64,000 nt of DNA from Eubacteriales bacterium. GTDB taxonomy: Bacteria; Bacillota; Clostridia; Oscillospirales; Oscillospiraceae. Where the stretch lies: positions 78,282 through 142,281 of the forward strand of contig JAUNPV010000003.1 in assembly GCA_030536515.1 (NCBI GenBank), in the 5' to 3' direction. Below are positions 48,962 to 58,310 of the stretch, one piece after another (position 1 is the stretch's first letter; each line of letters starts with the position of its first letter). Made by a program: the position numbers and the translations under genes. Below the pieces are notes generated by a model. That model saw nothing but the letters and a program-made list of their open reading frames with translations. It searched no databases and was not told the origin of the DNA.

Positions 48962-49225
48962 ATGAAAAAAGCCCTTGTTCCCCGAAGGGAACAAGGACAG
49001 AAAATGCTTCTGCGGTACCACCTTGTTTGCCGATGAATCGGCCGCCTCATCACGGCGCAAGCACGCCGTCTGCCCGTAACGCTGGCAATGCGTCAGAGGA
49101 TACTTGGGCGAACCCGTTCTCCCTGCCCTCAGCGGCCCATTTGCCAGATCGCCTTTCGCTCCGCTCTCAGCCCCCGGAGCTCTCTGTGGATGCGCACCCT
49201 GGTTTTACTCCCGCTTCACTGGTTT
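48962..49225 (-). ncRNA. T-box riboswitch with probable Trp (UGG) specifier
   Basis: Minus strand: AGUA, AGAGA, GGCUGAGA apical motif, specifier loop CAAAUGGG, T-box AAGGUGGUACCGC, terminator CCUUGUUCCC-UUCG-GGGAACAAGG plus U run; TTGACA-N17-TTTAAT promoter at 49244-49272. Confidence 0.88.
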
Positions 49226-49314
49226 CAAAACTATGTTATGCCTATTAAACAACAAAAGTGTCCGTTTGTCAAGTACTTTTTTTCACAGCCTGCGGACAAA
49301 ATGTAAAATATCCG

Positions 49315-49690
49315 TAGGGGAGGGATAATATCCCTCCCGTCGGCCCCCGGCGAGGGGGCCGCTTACAGAGCGACCATCCTGTAGGGGAGGGTCACTATAA
49401 ATTAAGGAGCGATTGCCACTGGCAATCGTTCTATTTTCATCTGCTGCGCAGAGCACCGCCCACCCGTCGGCCCCCGCCAGGGGGCCGCAACCGGCTTTCC
49501 TTATTGGAAAGTCGGTTCATTGTCCACGGCATTACTTTGTTAAATGCTCAGTCCCATTAGATTTATTCGAAAATCCTCGCCGGATTTTCGGCGGGAGGGT
49601 CAGTGACCCTCCCCTACTGGCATGGCAATCTGTTGTTTCCCCGAAAATCCCATTGGATTTTCGGCGGGAGGGATAATATCCCTCCCCTAC
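49315..49690. repeat. GTAG REP cluster (GGGAGGGTCACTGACCCTCCC family) downstream of lexA; one unit is interrupted by the 62-bp-type cassette at 49397-49457
   Basis: Units near 49315, 49381 (interrupted), 49593 and 49666. Confidence 0.8.
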
Positions 49691-49698
49691 AAAGGAAC

Positions 49699-50274
49699 TC
49701 AATATTCCCGGACAACGCCCTTGACGATGCCGATGATTTTGGCAAAGGTGCCGTCGATGGGGCAATAGCTGTCGTTTTCCGGCATGAGCCAGATTTCGCC
49801 GCCCCGGCGGCGCAGGCGCTTGACGGTGGCCTCGTCCTCGATGCGTGCCACCACAATCTGGCCGTCGTCGGCGGTGTCCTGGGGGCGCACCACCACCAGG
49901 TCGCCGCTGAGAATGCCGGCGTTGATCATGCTGTCCCCCCGGACCCGGAGGGCGAAGCAGCGGGGGTCGCTCCAGGGCATGGTGCCCTCCTGGTTTTCCA
50001 CCGCCAGAATGGGCAGGCCCGCCGTGACCACGCCCACAATGGGAATCTGCCCGGGCCGGACGCCGGTGACCAGGGCCCGCTTGCGGCCCTTGGCCCCGGG
50101 GGCCTGGAGGAAGCCCTTGTCCTGAAGGGCCTGCAGATGATAGCTGACAGAGGCAGTGGACTTGAGGCCCACTGCGGCGCCAATCTCCCGGACGGAGGGG
50201 GAGAAGCCGTTTTCGGCGATGAATTGGTTTACATAATCCATAATTTCCTGGGCCTTATTGCTGGTTCTGGGCAT
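49699..50274 (-). CDS. lexA: SOS repressor LexA
   Basis: PSVREIGAAVGLKST, VTAGLP cleavage site, VRGDSM (Ser), ATVK (Lys). Confidence 0.96.
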   Translation of the reverse strand: MPRTSNKAQEIMDYVNQFIAENGFSPSVREIGAAVGLKSTASVSYHLQALQDKGFLQAPGAKGRKRALVTGVRPGQIPIVGVVTAGLPILAVENQEGTMPWSDPRCFALRVRGDSMINAGILSGDLVVVRPQDTADDGQIVVARIEDEATVKRLRRRGGEIWLMPENDSYCPIDGTFAKIIGIVKGVVREY

Positions 50275-50538
50275 AATGGCGCCTCCTTACGTTCGTTTTT
50301 TTAATTATAGCACAAATGAACGAAAAAGGAAAGCCCCAATATTAGGAAATGTGTTTATCGAAATAAAGCAGCCTGTCATTGCGATGCAATCCGCTTTCCC
50401 ATGTTTTCCAAAGGAAAACATGGGCGGCGGCCTGAGGGCAGGCCGCCCTACAGTTTTTTGAGCAAACCTGAGAAGCATTTTCGGAAAAATCAGGCGCCCG
50501 GGGGACTATACTGTAGGGGAGGGATGCGTGTGGAGAAA

Positions 50539-50976
50539 ATGGATGCAAGCCTGGAGCGCCGGGTCTGGCAGCGGGTGAGCCGGGGGCCCCAGCCCCAGCG
50601 GGAGGACCTGCGGCCTCTGGTCCAGGCCGCCCGGGAGGCGGCGGGGGACTACCGGTTTCTGGCGGCCCACCTCACCGGCGCTGCCGGGGACCAGGCCAAG
50701 CGCCTGTACGAGCTGGCCCAAGACACGGCGGCGTGCCTGCGGGGGGTCCAGCTGCTCCGGGGGGCGGCCCCGGGAAAGCAGGGGCCTGTGCCGGGAGGCC
50801 AGAGCGGCCTGCGGCCGGTGCTGGAGCGCAGCTGCCGCCGGGCCAGGACCATGGCCGGGGAGTACATGGCCAGGTCCGCCGACCCGGAATGTGGCCCGGT
50901 GTTCATGGCCCTGGCCCAGCGGGAGCAGGATGCCTTCGGCAGGTTGGTGAGCCTGCTGGGGCAGACGGGGGGATAG
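50539..50976 (+). CDS. Hypothetical helical protein, ferritin-like/spore-associated pattern
   Basis: GGAG RBS; GC3-biased; repeated Y..LA / E..H-like helices (ERRVWQRV, DYRFLA, EYMARS). Confidence 0.6.
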   Translation: MDASLERRVWQRVSRGPQPQREDLRPLVQAAREAAGDYRFLAAHLTGAAGDQAKRLYELAQDTAACLRGVQLLRGAAPGKQGPVPGGQSGLRPVLERSCRRARTMAGEYMARSADPECGPVFMALAQREQDAFGRLVSLLGQTGG

Positions 50977-51091
50977 GGGCTGGGGAAAAAATACTGGGGC
51001 GCAGCCAACAGTCCTACGGACTGCCGTCTGCGCCCCAGGGAAATCTCCCACGGCCTAAAAACGTGCCACTGGCACGTTTTCTTAACGGCCT

Positions 51092-51177
51092 TTCGATTCC
51101 CGTACGGGACCATGCAAAAAAAGACGGCTGCTTTAGCAGCCGCCTTTTTTTGCATGGTGACCCGTACGGGAATCGAA
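51092..51177. other. Long hairpin made of an inverted copy of the tRNA-Glu 3' end, the terminator, and the tRNA 3' end itself
   Basis: TTCGATTCCCGTACGGG-ACCATGCAAAAAAAG pairs with CTTTTTTTGCATGGT-GA-CCCGTACGGGAATCGAA. Confidence 0.85.
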
Positions 51178-51229
51178 CCCATGTTACCGCCGTGAAAGGG
51201 CGGTGTCTTAACCGCTTGACCAACGGGCC
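51155..51229 (-). tRNA. tRNA-Glu (TTC), CCA encoded
   Basis: GGCCCGTTGGTCAAGCGGTTAAGACACCGCCCTTTCACGGCGGTAACATGGGTTCGATTCCCGTACGGGTCACCA. Confidence 0.97.
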
Positions 51230-51305
51230 TGGTAGCGGCAATCTGATTCGAACAGATGACATACCGGGTATGAACCGGCTACTCTACCAACTGAGTTATG
51301 CCGCC
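51230..51305 (-). tRNA. tRNA-Met (CAT), elongator type, CCA encoded
   Basis: GGCGGCATAACTCAGTTGGTAGAGTAGCCGGTTCATACCCGGTATGTCATCTGTTCGAATCAGATTGCCGCTACCA. Confidence 0.93.
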
Positions 51306-51348
51306 ATGTGGTCAAGATGATCTCGGCACCGCCGAAACCAGCTTCATT

Positions 51349-51377
51349 ATTATAGCGGCAGGAAGCCCGTTTGTCAA
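51349..51377 (-). promoter_or_regulatory. Consensus SigA promoter of the tRNA pair
   Basis: TTGACA (51372-51377) N17 TATAAT (51349-51354). Confidence 0.85.
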
Positions 51378-51436
51378 GTGTTATTTTATGGTTTTTCCAA
51401 GAAAAAACTGGGAATCCTTCTTTTGAGGTGATTTCT

Positions 51437-51805
51437 TTGAAAATATGGAAAAAGCTGGGGCTTTTCACCCTGGGCGGCGGGGCCTATGTTGGGCTGGAGC
51501 TGCTCTGGCGGGGCCGGAGCCATGGCAGTATGTTCGCCGCCGGGGGCCTGTGCTTCCTGCTGCTGGGAAAAATCGGGAAGCGGGAGCTGCCTTTGGCGGC
51601 CCGGCTGCTGCTGGGGGCGGCGGCCATCACGGCGGTGGAGCTGGCGGCGGGGCTGCTGGTGAACCGGGACTTCGCCGTCTGGGACTACCGAAGCCTCCCG
51701 GGCAATTTCCTGGGGCAGATATGCCCGCTGTATTCGTGCTTGTGGCTCCCGGTGGCCTGGGCGGGGATGGAGCTGTACCGGGCGGCGGAAAAACGGATGC
51801 ACTGA
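51437..51805 (+). CDS. Small membrane protein (putative ABC-permease-like family)
   Basis: TTG start after GAGG; GG.AYVGLELLWRGRSH, E...G..VN....WDY....NFLGQIC. Confidence 0.75.
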   Translation: MKIWKKLGLFTLGGGAYVGLELLWRGRSHGSMFAAGGLCFLLLGKIGKRELPLAARLLLGAAAITAVELAAGLLVNRDFAVWDYRSLPGNFLGQICPLYSCLWLPVAWAGMELYRAAEKRMH

Positions 51806-51874
51806 TAAAAACCTTCCCCCGGGGGGAAGGTGCCCCCGAAGGGGGCGGATGAGGGATGGCGATACTTAGAAATG

Positions 51875-51988
51875 AGTGAAGAAGTAATCGTGAATAGTGA
51901 AGATGTAAGGTGTGGCTTCGCCACTTATTTTAATTCATCGGCGAAGCCGATACCTCACCTCTTACTTCTTCACTATTCACTCTTCACT
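51875..51988. repeat. Inverted pair of purine-rich AGTGAA(G/T) heptamer-like runs inside a family-G doublet
   Basis: AGTGAAGAAGTAATCGTGAATAGTGAAG ... CTTACTTCTTCACTATTCACTCTTCACT; a related run at 32259-32291. Confidence 0.65.
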
Positions 51989-52344
51989 AAAAACCAGGTG
52001 CACGCCATCCCTCATCCGTCTTGCCTTCGGCAATCCACCTTCTCCCCGCAAGGGGGACGCCGCATCCGTAAGCCGCTGAAGCGGCAACGGCTGCGCGGCC
52101 CCCGGGGGAAGGTATTGGGGGTGCGGCGCAAAAATTGGCCCCCACTTTCCGTGGGGGCCGTTGGTTTATGCTTCTTTCAGGGGCAGGGGGGAGATGACGG
52201 GGGTGCCGTCCCGGTTCAGCAGGGGCGTCAGGCCGCCTCTGTTGCCGTTGAATTGGAACAGGTAATTGACGCCGGTCTGCTTATCCACCCAGATTTCCAT
52301 GCCGCTCACGATGCCCTGGGAATAAACTTTGACGAAGCGGTCCA

Positions 52345-53262
52345 TTACTCCTTGACACCTTCCACAATGCCGTTGGCGAGACCCACCAGGCCCTGCATTT
52401 CGCTGGGAATGATAATCTTGGTGGCCTTGCCGTCGGCCACCTTCTGCATGGCCTCAATGGCCTTCAGGCGCAGCACGGAGTCGTTGGGTGCCTTCTCGTT
52501 CAGCAGGGCCAGGGAATCGGCGGTGGCCTTCTGGACGGCCAGAATGGCCTGGGCCTGGCCGTCGGCCCGGAGGATGGCGGCCTGTTTTTCGGCCTCGGCC
52601 TTCAAAATGGCGGCTTCCTTTTCGGCGGTGGCCCGGAGAATGGCGGATTCCTTCTCGCCCTCGGCCACCAGAATGGCGGACTTCTTCTGGCCCTCGGCCT
52701 GGAGGATAGCCTGCCGGCGGTCGCGCTCGGCCTTCATCTGCTTTTCCATGGAGCTCTGGATGTCGGCGGGGGGCAGGATGTTTTTCAGCTCCACCCGGTT
52801 GACCTTGATGCCCCAGGGGTCGGTGGCCTCGTCCAGGATGGCCCGCATTTTGGTGTTGACCACGTCCCGGCTGGTGAGGGTCTGGTCCAGCTCCAGCTCG
52901 CCGATGATGTTACGCAGGGTGGTGGCCGTCAGGGTCTCCATGGCGGCCATGGGCTGCTCCACGCCGTAGGCGTACAGCTTGGGGTCGGTAATCTGGAAGT
53001 AGACAACGGTGTCAATCTGCATGGTCACGTTGTCCTTGGTGATGACGGGCTGGGGGGGATAGTCCAGGACCTGCTCTTTCAGGGATACCTTCCGGGAGAT
53101 GCGGTCAAAGAAGGGGACCTTGAAGTGCAGGCCCACGCCCCAGACGGTGTGGAAGCCGCCCAGACGCTCGATGACATAGGCCCGGGACTGCTGGACCACG
53201 TGGATGCTGCGAACGGCAATGAGAAATGCAATGATAACCAGTGCGATGATAACAAATGCCAT
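52345..53262 (-). CDS. SPFH/band-7 (stomatin-like) protein
   Basis: VIERLG, VITKDNV, TLRNIIG, WGIKVNRVELK, AER..R..IL.AEG. Confidence 0.95.
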   Translation of the reverse strand: MAFVIIALVIIAFLIAVRSIHVVQQSRAYVIERLGGFHTVWGVGLHFKVPFFDRISRKVSLKEQVLDYPPQPVITKDNVTMQIDTVVYFQITDPKLYAYGVEQPMAAMETLTATTLRNIIGELELDQTLTSRDVVNTKMRAILDEATDPWGIKVNRVELKNILPPADIQSSMEKQMKAERDRRQAILQAEGQKKSAILVAEGEKESAILRATAEKEAAILKAEAEKQAAILRADGQAQAILAVQKATADSLALLNEKAPNDSVLRLKAIEAMQKVADGKATKIIIPSEMQGLVGLANGIVEGVKE

Positions 53263-53283
53263 ATTCTTACCTCCTGTATGTTG

Positions 53284-53730
53284 TTAAACGACGGACACTT
53301 CTGCGGGACTGACGTAAACCTTCACGCCTTCGACACGGTCTGCCTTGATGCGCTGGCCCACGGGGATGGGGTCTCCGGAGGTGCTGCGGGCGGACCAGAC
53401 CATGGCCCCCAGCTTTACCTGACCCTGGGCGGTGACGTTGTCGATGGCCTCGGTGACCAGGCCCTCGGCGCCGATGACGGCGTCCACATTGGTCTTGACG
53501 GCCCTGGGGGCCACAAGCCGCCGGGACAGCGGCCGCAGAGCAGCCAGCAGCACCGCAGACACCACCACAAACACGGCAATCTGGAGCCACAGCGCCCCGT
53601 GGAACAGGGCCACCACCAGCGCAGCCAGGGCGCCTGCGGCGAACCACAGGGAGATCATGGTCACGGTTGCGGCCTCCGCCGCCAGAAACACCACCAGCAG
53701 CACCAGCCAAATAATGACAGCCAAATCCAT
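53284..53730 (-). CDS. NfeD-family protein
   Basis: TM N-terminus, C-terminal OB fold (G.V....WSARS); upstream of SPFH. Confidence 0.9.
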   Translation of the reverse strand: MDLAVIIWLVLLVVFLAAEAATVTMISLWFAAGALAALVVALFHGALWLQIAVFVVVSAVLLAALRPLSRRLVAPRAVKTNVDAVIGAEGLVTEAIDNVTAQGQVKLGAMVWSARSTSGDPIPVGQRIKADRVEGVKVYVSPAEVSVV

Positions 53731-54091
53731 ATTGGTTCCTCCCTTCTGATTTGGGTGGTTATATCATAACAGAAACGTTGGCGGCAGTCAACTGAACAAA
53801 AGCAGAAAATTCGGTAAAATTTGGATAAAATACACAAACAAACGGGACAAACCGGGGCCAAACCGGCGGCGGGGCAAGTTATGGCCTTAAATCAGTAAAA
53901 GTTTATCGAAACGACGGATTTTTTTGCATCCTCCGGGCCCTTTGGGGTTGGGGCGTAAACGATATCGCCTTTTGGCGGAACGCCCCGGGAATTTTGGCGG
54001 AAAAAGTTCGAAATCGTGGTCAATTCCGTCTTTTTGTATCGATAAAAACGGCTCGATGAGAAATTTTTTGTGGATTCTGCTTGAAACGGGG

Positions 54092-54120
54092 TGGACAAAG
54101 GGGAGAAAATGCGGTATGAT
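54092..54120 (+). promoter_or_regulatory. Putative SigA promoter of the rnf operon
   Basis: TGGACA-N17-TATGAT. Confidence 0.5.
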
Positions 54121-54174
54121 GTATCTTGTGAAAAGTGCGGACTTGTCCGCGAAATTTGAAAGAGGTGAAGAACT

Positions 54175-55497
54175 ATGGCGTTTTCTTTTTTCGGCGGGGT
54201 CCATCCCAAAGAAAATAAGTGGTACGCTTGCGACAAGGAAACTGCGGTATTCCCGGAGCCTGACATCGTGGTGATTCCCATGTCCCAGCATATCGGCGCC
54301 CCCTGCAAGCCGTTGGTGAAAAAGGGCGATCTTGTGACCGTTGGCCAGAAGATCGGCGACAATCAGGGCCTTTGCGTTCCGGTCCACGCTTCCGTGTCCG
54401 GTAAGGTCAAGGCCGTGGAGTCCCGGCCCCACACCAGCGGCACCAATGTTTTGAGCGTGGTCATTGAAAATGACCACCAGCATACCCTGTGCGAGGATGT
54501 AAAGCCCCGTTCTCAGGAGGATGTGGAAAAGCTGACCAACGACGAGCTGATCGGCATCATCCGGGAGGGCGGCATCGTGGGCATGGGCGGCGCAACCTTC
54601 CCCACCCACGTCAAGCTCTCCGGCGGCGTGGGCAAGGTGGACACCGTCATTGTCAATGCCGGCGAGTGCGAGCCCTACATAACCTCCGACGACCGGCTGT
54701 GCCGGGAGCAGCCGGAGAAGCTGATTGCCGGACTGAAGATTATCATGCGCATCTTCGGCCTGAAGGAGGGCCACATCGGCATCGAGGACAACAAGCCCGA
54801 GGCCATCGCCGCCCTGCAAAGGGCCTCCCAGGGGGACGACAGCATCATCCTGGATGTGCTGCCTGCCAAGTACCCCCAGGGCGCTGAAAAGCAACTGATT
54901 TACGCCGTCACCGGCCGGGAGGTCCCCTCCGGCGGCCTGCCTGCCGCCGTTGGCTGCGCCGTGTTCAATGCGGCCACCTGCAAGGCCATTCACGACGTGG
55001 TCTACGACGGCCTGCCCCTGATTCACCGGATTGTCACCGTTTCCGGCGACATCATCATGGAGCCGAAAAACCTGCTGGTGCCCATCGGCACCTCCTTTAA
55101 CGCCCTGCTGGAGGCCTGCGGCCACTCCGAGAACCCCTACAAGGTCCTCTCCGGCGGCCCCATGATGGGCGTGGCCCAGTACGACCTCAGCGTGCCCACC
55201 ATCAAGGGTGTCAACGCCGTCACCGTTCTGGGCAGGCGCAACGACTACGCCGTGGCCGCCCCCCACTGCCTGCGCTGCGGCAAGTGCATCGACGTGTGTC
55301 CCATGAAGCTGATGCCCGTGATGATGTACAAGGCCTTCCAGAGCCAGGATGTGGAGGACATGAAGGCCAACAACATCATGGACTGCATCGAGTGCGGCAG
55401 CTGTGCTTACAACTGTCCCGCCAGCGTGCCGCTGGTGCTGGGCTTCCGGGTGGCCAAGCAGGTCATCCGCAATGCCAGCGCCAAGGCGAAGAAATAA
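54175..55497 (+). CDS. rnfC: Rnf complex subunit C
   Basis: GGVHP, GIVGMGGATFPTH, NAGECEPY, YPQGAEK, two CxxCxxCxxxCP. Confidence 0.96.
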   Translation: MAFSFFGGVHPKENKWYACDKETAVFPEPDIVVIPMSQHIGAPCKPLVKKGDLVTVGQKIGDNQGLCVPVHASVSGKVKAVESRPHTSGTNVLSVVIENDHQHTLCEDVKPRSQEDVEKLTNDELIGIIREGGIVGMGGATFPTHVKLSGGVGKVDTVIVNAGECEPYITSDDRLCREQPEKLIAGLKIIMRIFGLKEGHIGIEDNKPEAIAALQRASQGDDSIILDVLPAKYPQGAEKQLIYAVTGREVPSGGLPAAVGCAVFNAATCKAIHDVVYDGLPLIHRIVTVSGDIIMEPKNLLVPIGTSFNALLEACGHSENPYKVLSGGPMMGVAQYDLSVPTIKGVNAVTVLGRRNDYAVAAPHCLRCGKCIDVCPMKLMPVMMYKAFQSQDVEDMKANNIMDCIECGSCAYNCPASVPLVLGFRVAKQVIRNASAKAKK

Positions 55498-55511
55498 GGA
55501 GGTGGAGCGAT

Positions 55512-56510
55512 ATGGCACAGATGAAATATTTTTATGAGCTGACCATTTCCAGCTCTCCCCACGCCCATTCCAGCGTGACGACTCAGACCATCATGCGGGA
55601 TGTGCTCATTGCCCTGACCCCGGCCCTGATTGGCTCAATTTACTTCTTTGGCTTCCGGGCGCTGCTGGTGACCCTGGTGTCCGCCGCCGCCTGCGTGTTT
55701 TTCGAGTGGGGCTACTGCCGCCTGATGAAGAAGCCTGTGATGGTTTACGACCTGTCCGCCGTGGTTACCGGCGTGCTGCTGGCCTTTGTCTGCCCGGTCA
55801 CCATTCCCTACTGGACCATTATCCTGGGGGACCTGTTCGCCATTGTGCTGGTCAAGCAGCTTTTCGGCGGCCTGGGCCAGAACTTTGTCAACCCCGCCCT
55901 GGCGGGCCGGGCCTTTATGTTCAGCTGGCCCGTGCTGATGAACACCTGGGTGAAGGTGGGCTATGAGAACGCCGCCGGGCTTCTGTCCTCCGCCGACGCC
56001 GTCACCGCCGCCACCCCCATGGCCGCCATGCACCAGGGCGTGATGCCCGAGGCCGGTGTTATGGACCTGCTGCTGGGCAGCGTGGGCGGCTCTCTGGGCG
56101 AGACCTCCGCACTGCTGCTGCTCATCGGCTTTGCCTATCTTCTGTACCGGCAGGTCATTACCGCCCGGATTCCCCTGGCCTTCATCGGCACCGTGGCGGT
56201 GCTGACCTTCCTGTTCCCCCAGGGCAATCCCCGCATCGACTGGATGCTCTGCCAGGTCCTGGGCGGCGGCCTCATGCTGGGCGCTGTTTTCATGGCCACC
56301 GACTACGTCACCTCCCCCGTCACCAAGCTGGGCCAGATTGTCTTTGGCGTGGGCTGCGGTGTCATTACGGTGCTCATCCGCTACTTCGGCGGCTACAGCG
56401 AGGGCGTGTCCTACGCCATTTTGGTGATGAATGCCTGTGTGGTGCTGCTGGATAAGCTGGGCCGTCCTGTGAAGTTCGGCGCACCGAAAAAGGAGGCGGC
56501 TAAGAAATGA
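55512..56510 (+). CDS. rnfD: Rnf complex subunit D
   Basis: SSSPH, GGLGQNFVNPAL, TAATP (FMN-Thr), ATDYVTSP; start at ATG 55512. Confidence 0.95.
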   Translation: MAQMKYFYELTISSSPHAHSSVTTQTIMRDVLIALTPALIGSIYFFGFRALLVTLVSAAACVFFEWGYCRLMKKPVMVYDLSAVVTGVLLAFVCPVTIPYWTIILGDLFAIVLVKQLFGGLGQNFVNPALAGRAFMFSWPVLMNTWVKVGYENAAGLLSSADAVTAATPMAAMHQGVMPEAGVMDLLLGSVGGSLGETSALLLLIGFAYLLYRQVITARIPLAFIGTVAVLTFLFPQGNPRIDWMLCQVLGGGLMLGAVFMATDYVTSPVTKLGQIVFGVGCGVITVLIRYFGGYSEGVSYAILVMNACVVLLDKLGRPVKFGAPKKEAAKK

Positions 56511-57058
56511 AAACGGAATCCACTGTGAAATTTGTGCTCCGGCTGGCTCTGACCCTGTTCGCCATCACCGCTGTGGTGGCCGGGTGCCTGGCCGGTGTCA
56601 ACGCCATTACAGAGCCCAGAATTGCGGCGCTGAATGAAGAAAAGACCCAGGCCGCCATCGAGGCGGTGCTCCCCGGCGGCGGCACGCTGGCCGGAACCTG
56701 GAGTGATTCCACGGGCTTTGTGTCCAAGGTCTACGAGTCCGACACCGGCTACGCCGTGGAGGTCAAGCCCAACGGCTTTGACAACACCATCACCATGATG
56801 GTGGGCGTGGACAAGGCTGGCAAGGTCCTGGGCATTTCCGTCATCTCCCACACCGAGACTGCGGGCTTGGGCGCGACCTGCGCCGCCAAGACCGCCGCAG
56901 GCGAGGCCTTCCGGGACCAGTTTGCGGGCATGAGCGGCCAGGTGGCCGTCACCAAGGACGGAGGCAGCGTGGATGCCATCACCGGCGCCACCATTACCTC
57001 CCGGGCCGTCTGCGCAGGCGTCAATGCGGCTCTGGAATGCGTCGCCAACATGGGCTAA
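56507..57058 (+). CDS. rnfG: Rnf complex subunit G
   Basis: ETAGLG, DAITGATITS (FMN-Thr). Confidence 0.93.
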   Translation: MKTESTVKFVLRLALTLFAITAVVAGCLAGVNAITEPRIAALNEEKTQAAIEAVLPGGGTLAGTWSDSTGFVSKVYESDTGYAVEVKPNGFDNTITMMVGVDKAGKVLGISVISHTETAGLGATCAAKTAAGEAFRDQFAGMSGQVAVTKDGGSVDAITGATITSRAVCAGVNAALECVANMG

Positions 57059-57071
57059 GGAGGTGCTCTGA

Positions 57072-57716
57072 ATGAATTTTAAGAAACAGTTCAAGGAGGG
57101 CCTGCTGACCAAGAACCCGGTCACCGTCCAGCTGCTGGGTATGTGCTCTACCCTGGCCATTACCACCAGCCTGTTCAACGGCATCGGCATGGGCCTGTCG
57201 GTCCTGGTGATTCTCACCTGCTCCAATATCCTCATTTCCGCTCTGCGCAAGGTCATTCCCAACCAAATCCGGATCGCCGCCTACATTGTCATCATTGCAG
57301 GCTTCGTCACCATTGTGGATTTGCTGCTGAAGGCCTTTATCCCCGCCCTGTCGGAAAACCTGGGCGTGTTCATCCCCCTGATTGTGGTCAACTGCATCGT
57401 CCTGGGCCGGGCCGAGGCCTTTGCCTCCAAGAATACGGTCCTGGCCTCCGCCGTGGACGGCATTACCCAGGGCATCGGCTACACCGTGGCTCTGGTGATT
57501 ATGTGCGTCATCCGGGAGCTGCTGGGCTCCGGCACCTTCGGCGGCGGGCTCTTAAACGGCGGCGAGGGCATCCGCATCATCCCTGCCCAGTTCCCCGCCA
57601 TGCAGATGGTCATGCCTGTGGGCGGTTTCCTGGTGCTGGGCTGCGTTATCGCCGGGTCCCAGTGGCTGATGAAGCATCTGGAAAAAACAAGTAAGAAGAA
57701 GGAGGCTGTGAAATAA
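57072..57716 (+). CDS. rnfE: Rnf complex subunit E
   Basis: NPV..QLLGMCSTLA, FIPLIVVNCIVLGRAEAFA. Confidence 0.95.
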   Translation: MNFKKQFKEGLLTKNPVTVQLLGMCSTLAITTSLFNGIGMGLSVLVILTCSNILISALRKVIPNQIRIAAYIVIIAGFVTIVDLLLKAFIPALSENLGVFIPLIVVNCIVLGRAEAFASKNTVLASAVDGITQGIGYTVALVIMCVIRELLGSGTFGGGLLNGGEGIRIIPAQFPAMQMVMPVGGFLVLGCVIAGSQWLMKHLEKTSKKKEAVK

Positions 57717-58294
57717 TGGAAGCGATTTTCGGAATTATTCTCAGCGCCATTCTCAGCCAGAACTTCATTCTGGTGAAATTCTACGGCATCTGTCCCTTCA
57801 TGGGCGTGTCCAAGAAGATTGACACCGCCCTGGGCATGGGCATGGCCGTCACCTTCGTCATGGCCCTGGCCTCCGCCGCCTGCTATGCAGTGAATCTGCT
57901 GCTGGTGGCCCTGGATTTGGCCTACTTGCAGACCGTCACCTTCATTCTGGTGATTGCCGCCATCGTCCAGGTGGTGGAGATGTTCCTGAAAAAGAGCGTC
58001 CCCGCCCTTTACAAGGCTCTGGGCGTGTTCCTGCCCCTGATTACCACCAACTGCGCCGTGCTGGGCGTGGTGCTGGTGAACGTGCAGAACGGCTACAACT
58101 TCCTGCTGAGCGTGATTAACGGCGCCGCCGGCGGCCTGGGCTTCACCCTGGCCATCGTCCTGTTCGCCTCCGTCCGGGAGCGGGTGAACCGCTCTGAGTG
58201 CCCCGAGTGCTTCAAGGGCTTCCCCATTGCCCTGATCACCGCCGGCCTGCTGGCCCTGGGCTTCATGGGCTTCTCCGGCCTGAAAATTTTCTAA
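57716..58294 (+). CDS. rnfA: Rnf complex subunit A
   Basis: FYGICPFMGVS, FLPLITTNCAVLG. Confidence 0.95.
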   Translation: MEAIFGIILSAILSQNFILVKFYGICPFMGVSKKIDTALGMGMAVTFVMALASAACYAVNLLLVALDLAYLQTVTFILVIAAIVQVVEMFLKKSVPALYKALGVFLPLITTNCAVLGVVLVNVQNGYNFLLSVINGAAGGLGFTLAIVLFASVRERVNRSECPECFKGFPIALITAGLLALGFMGFSGLKIF

Positions 58295-58310
58295 AGGGGA
58301 GGAAGTAGTT

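Noticed and set aside
51092-51112. attL/attR of an integrated element at tRNA-Glu
   Set aside because: The copy is inverted and adjacent, with no integrase or cargo; reported instead as a fold-back finding
54125-54142. Rex operator upstream of rnfC (TTGTGAAAA...)
   Set aside because: Only the left half-site matches
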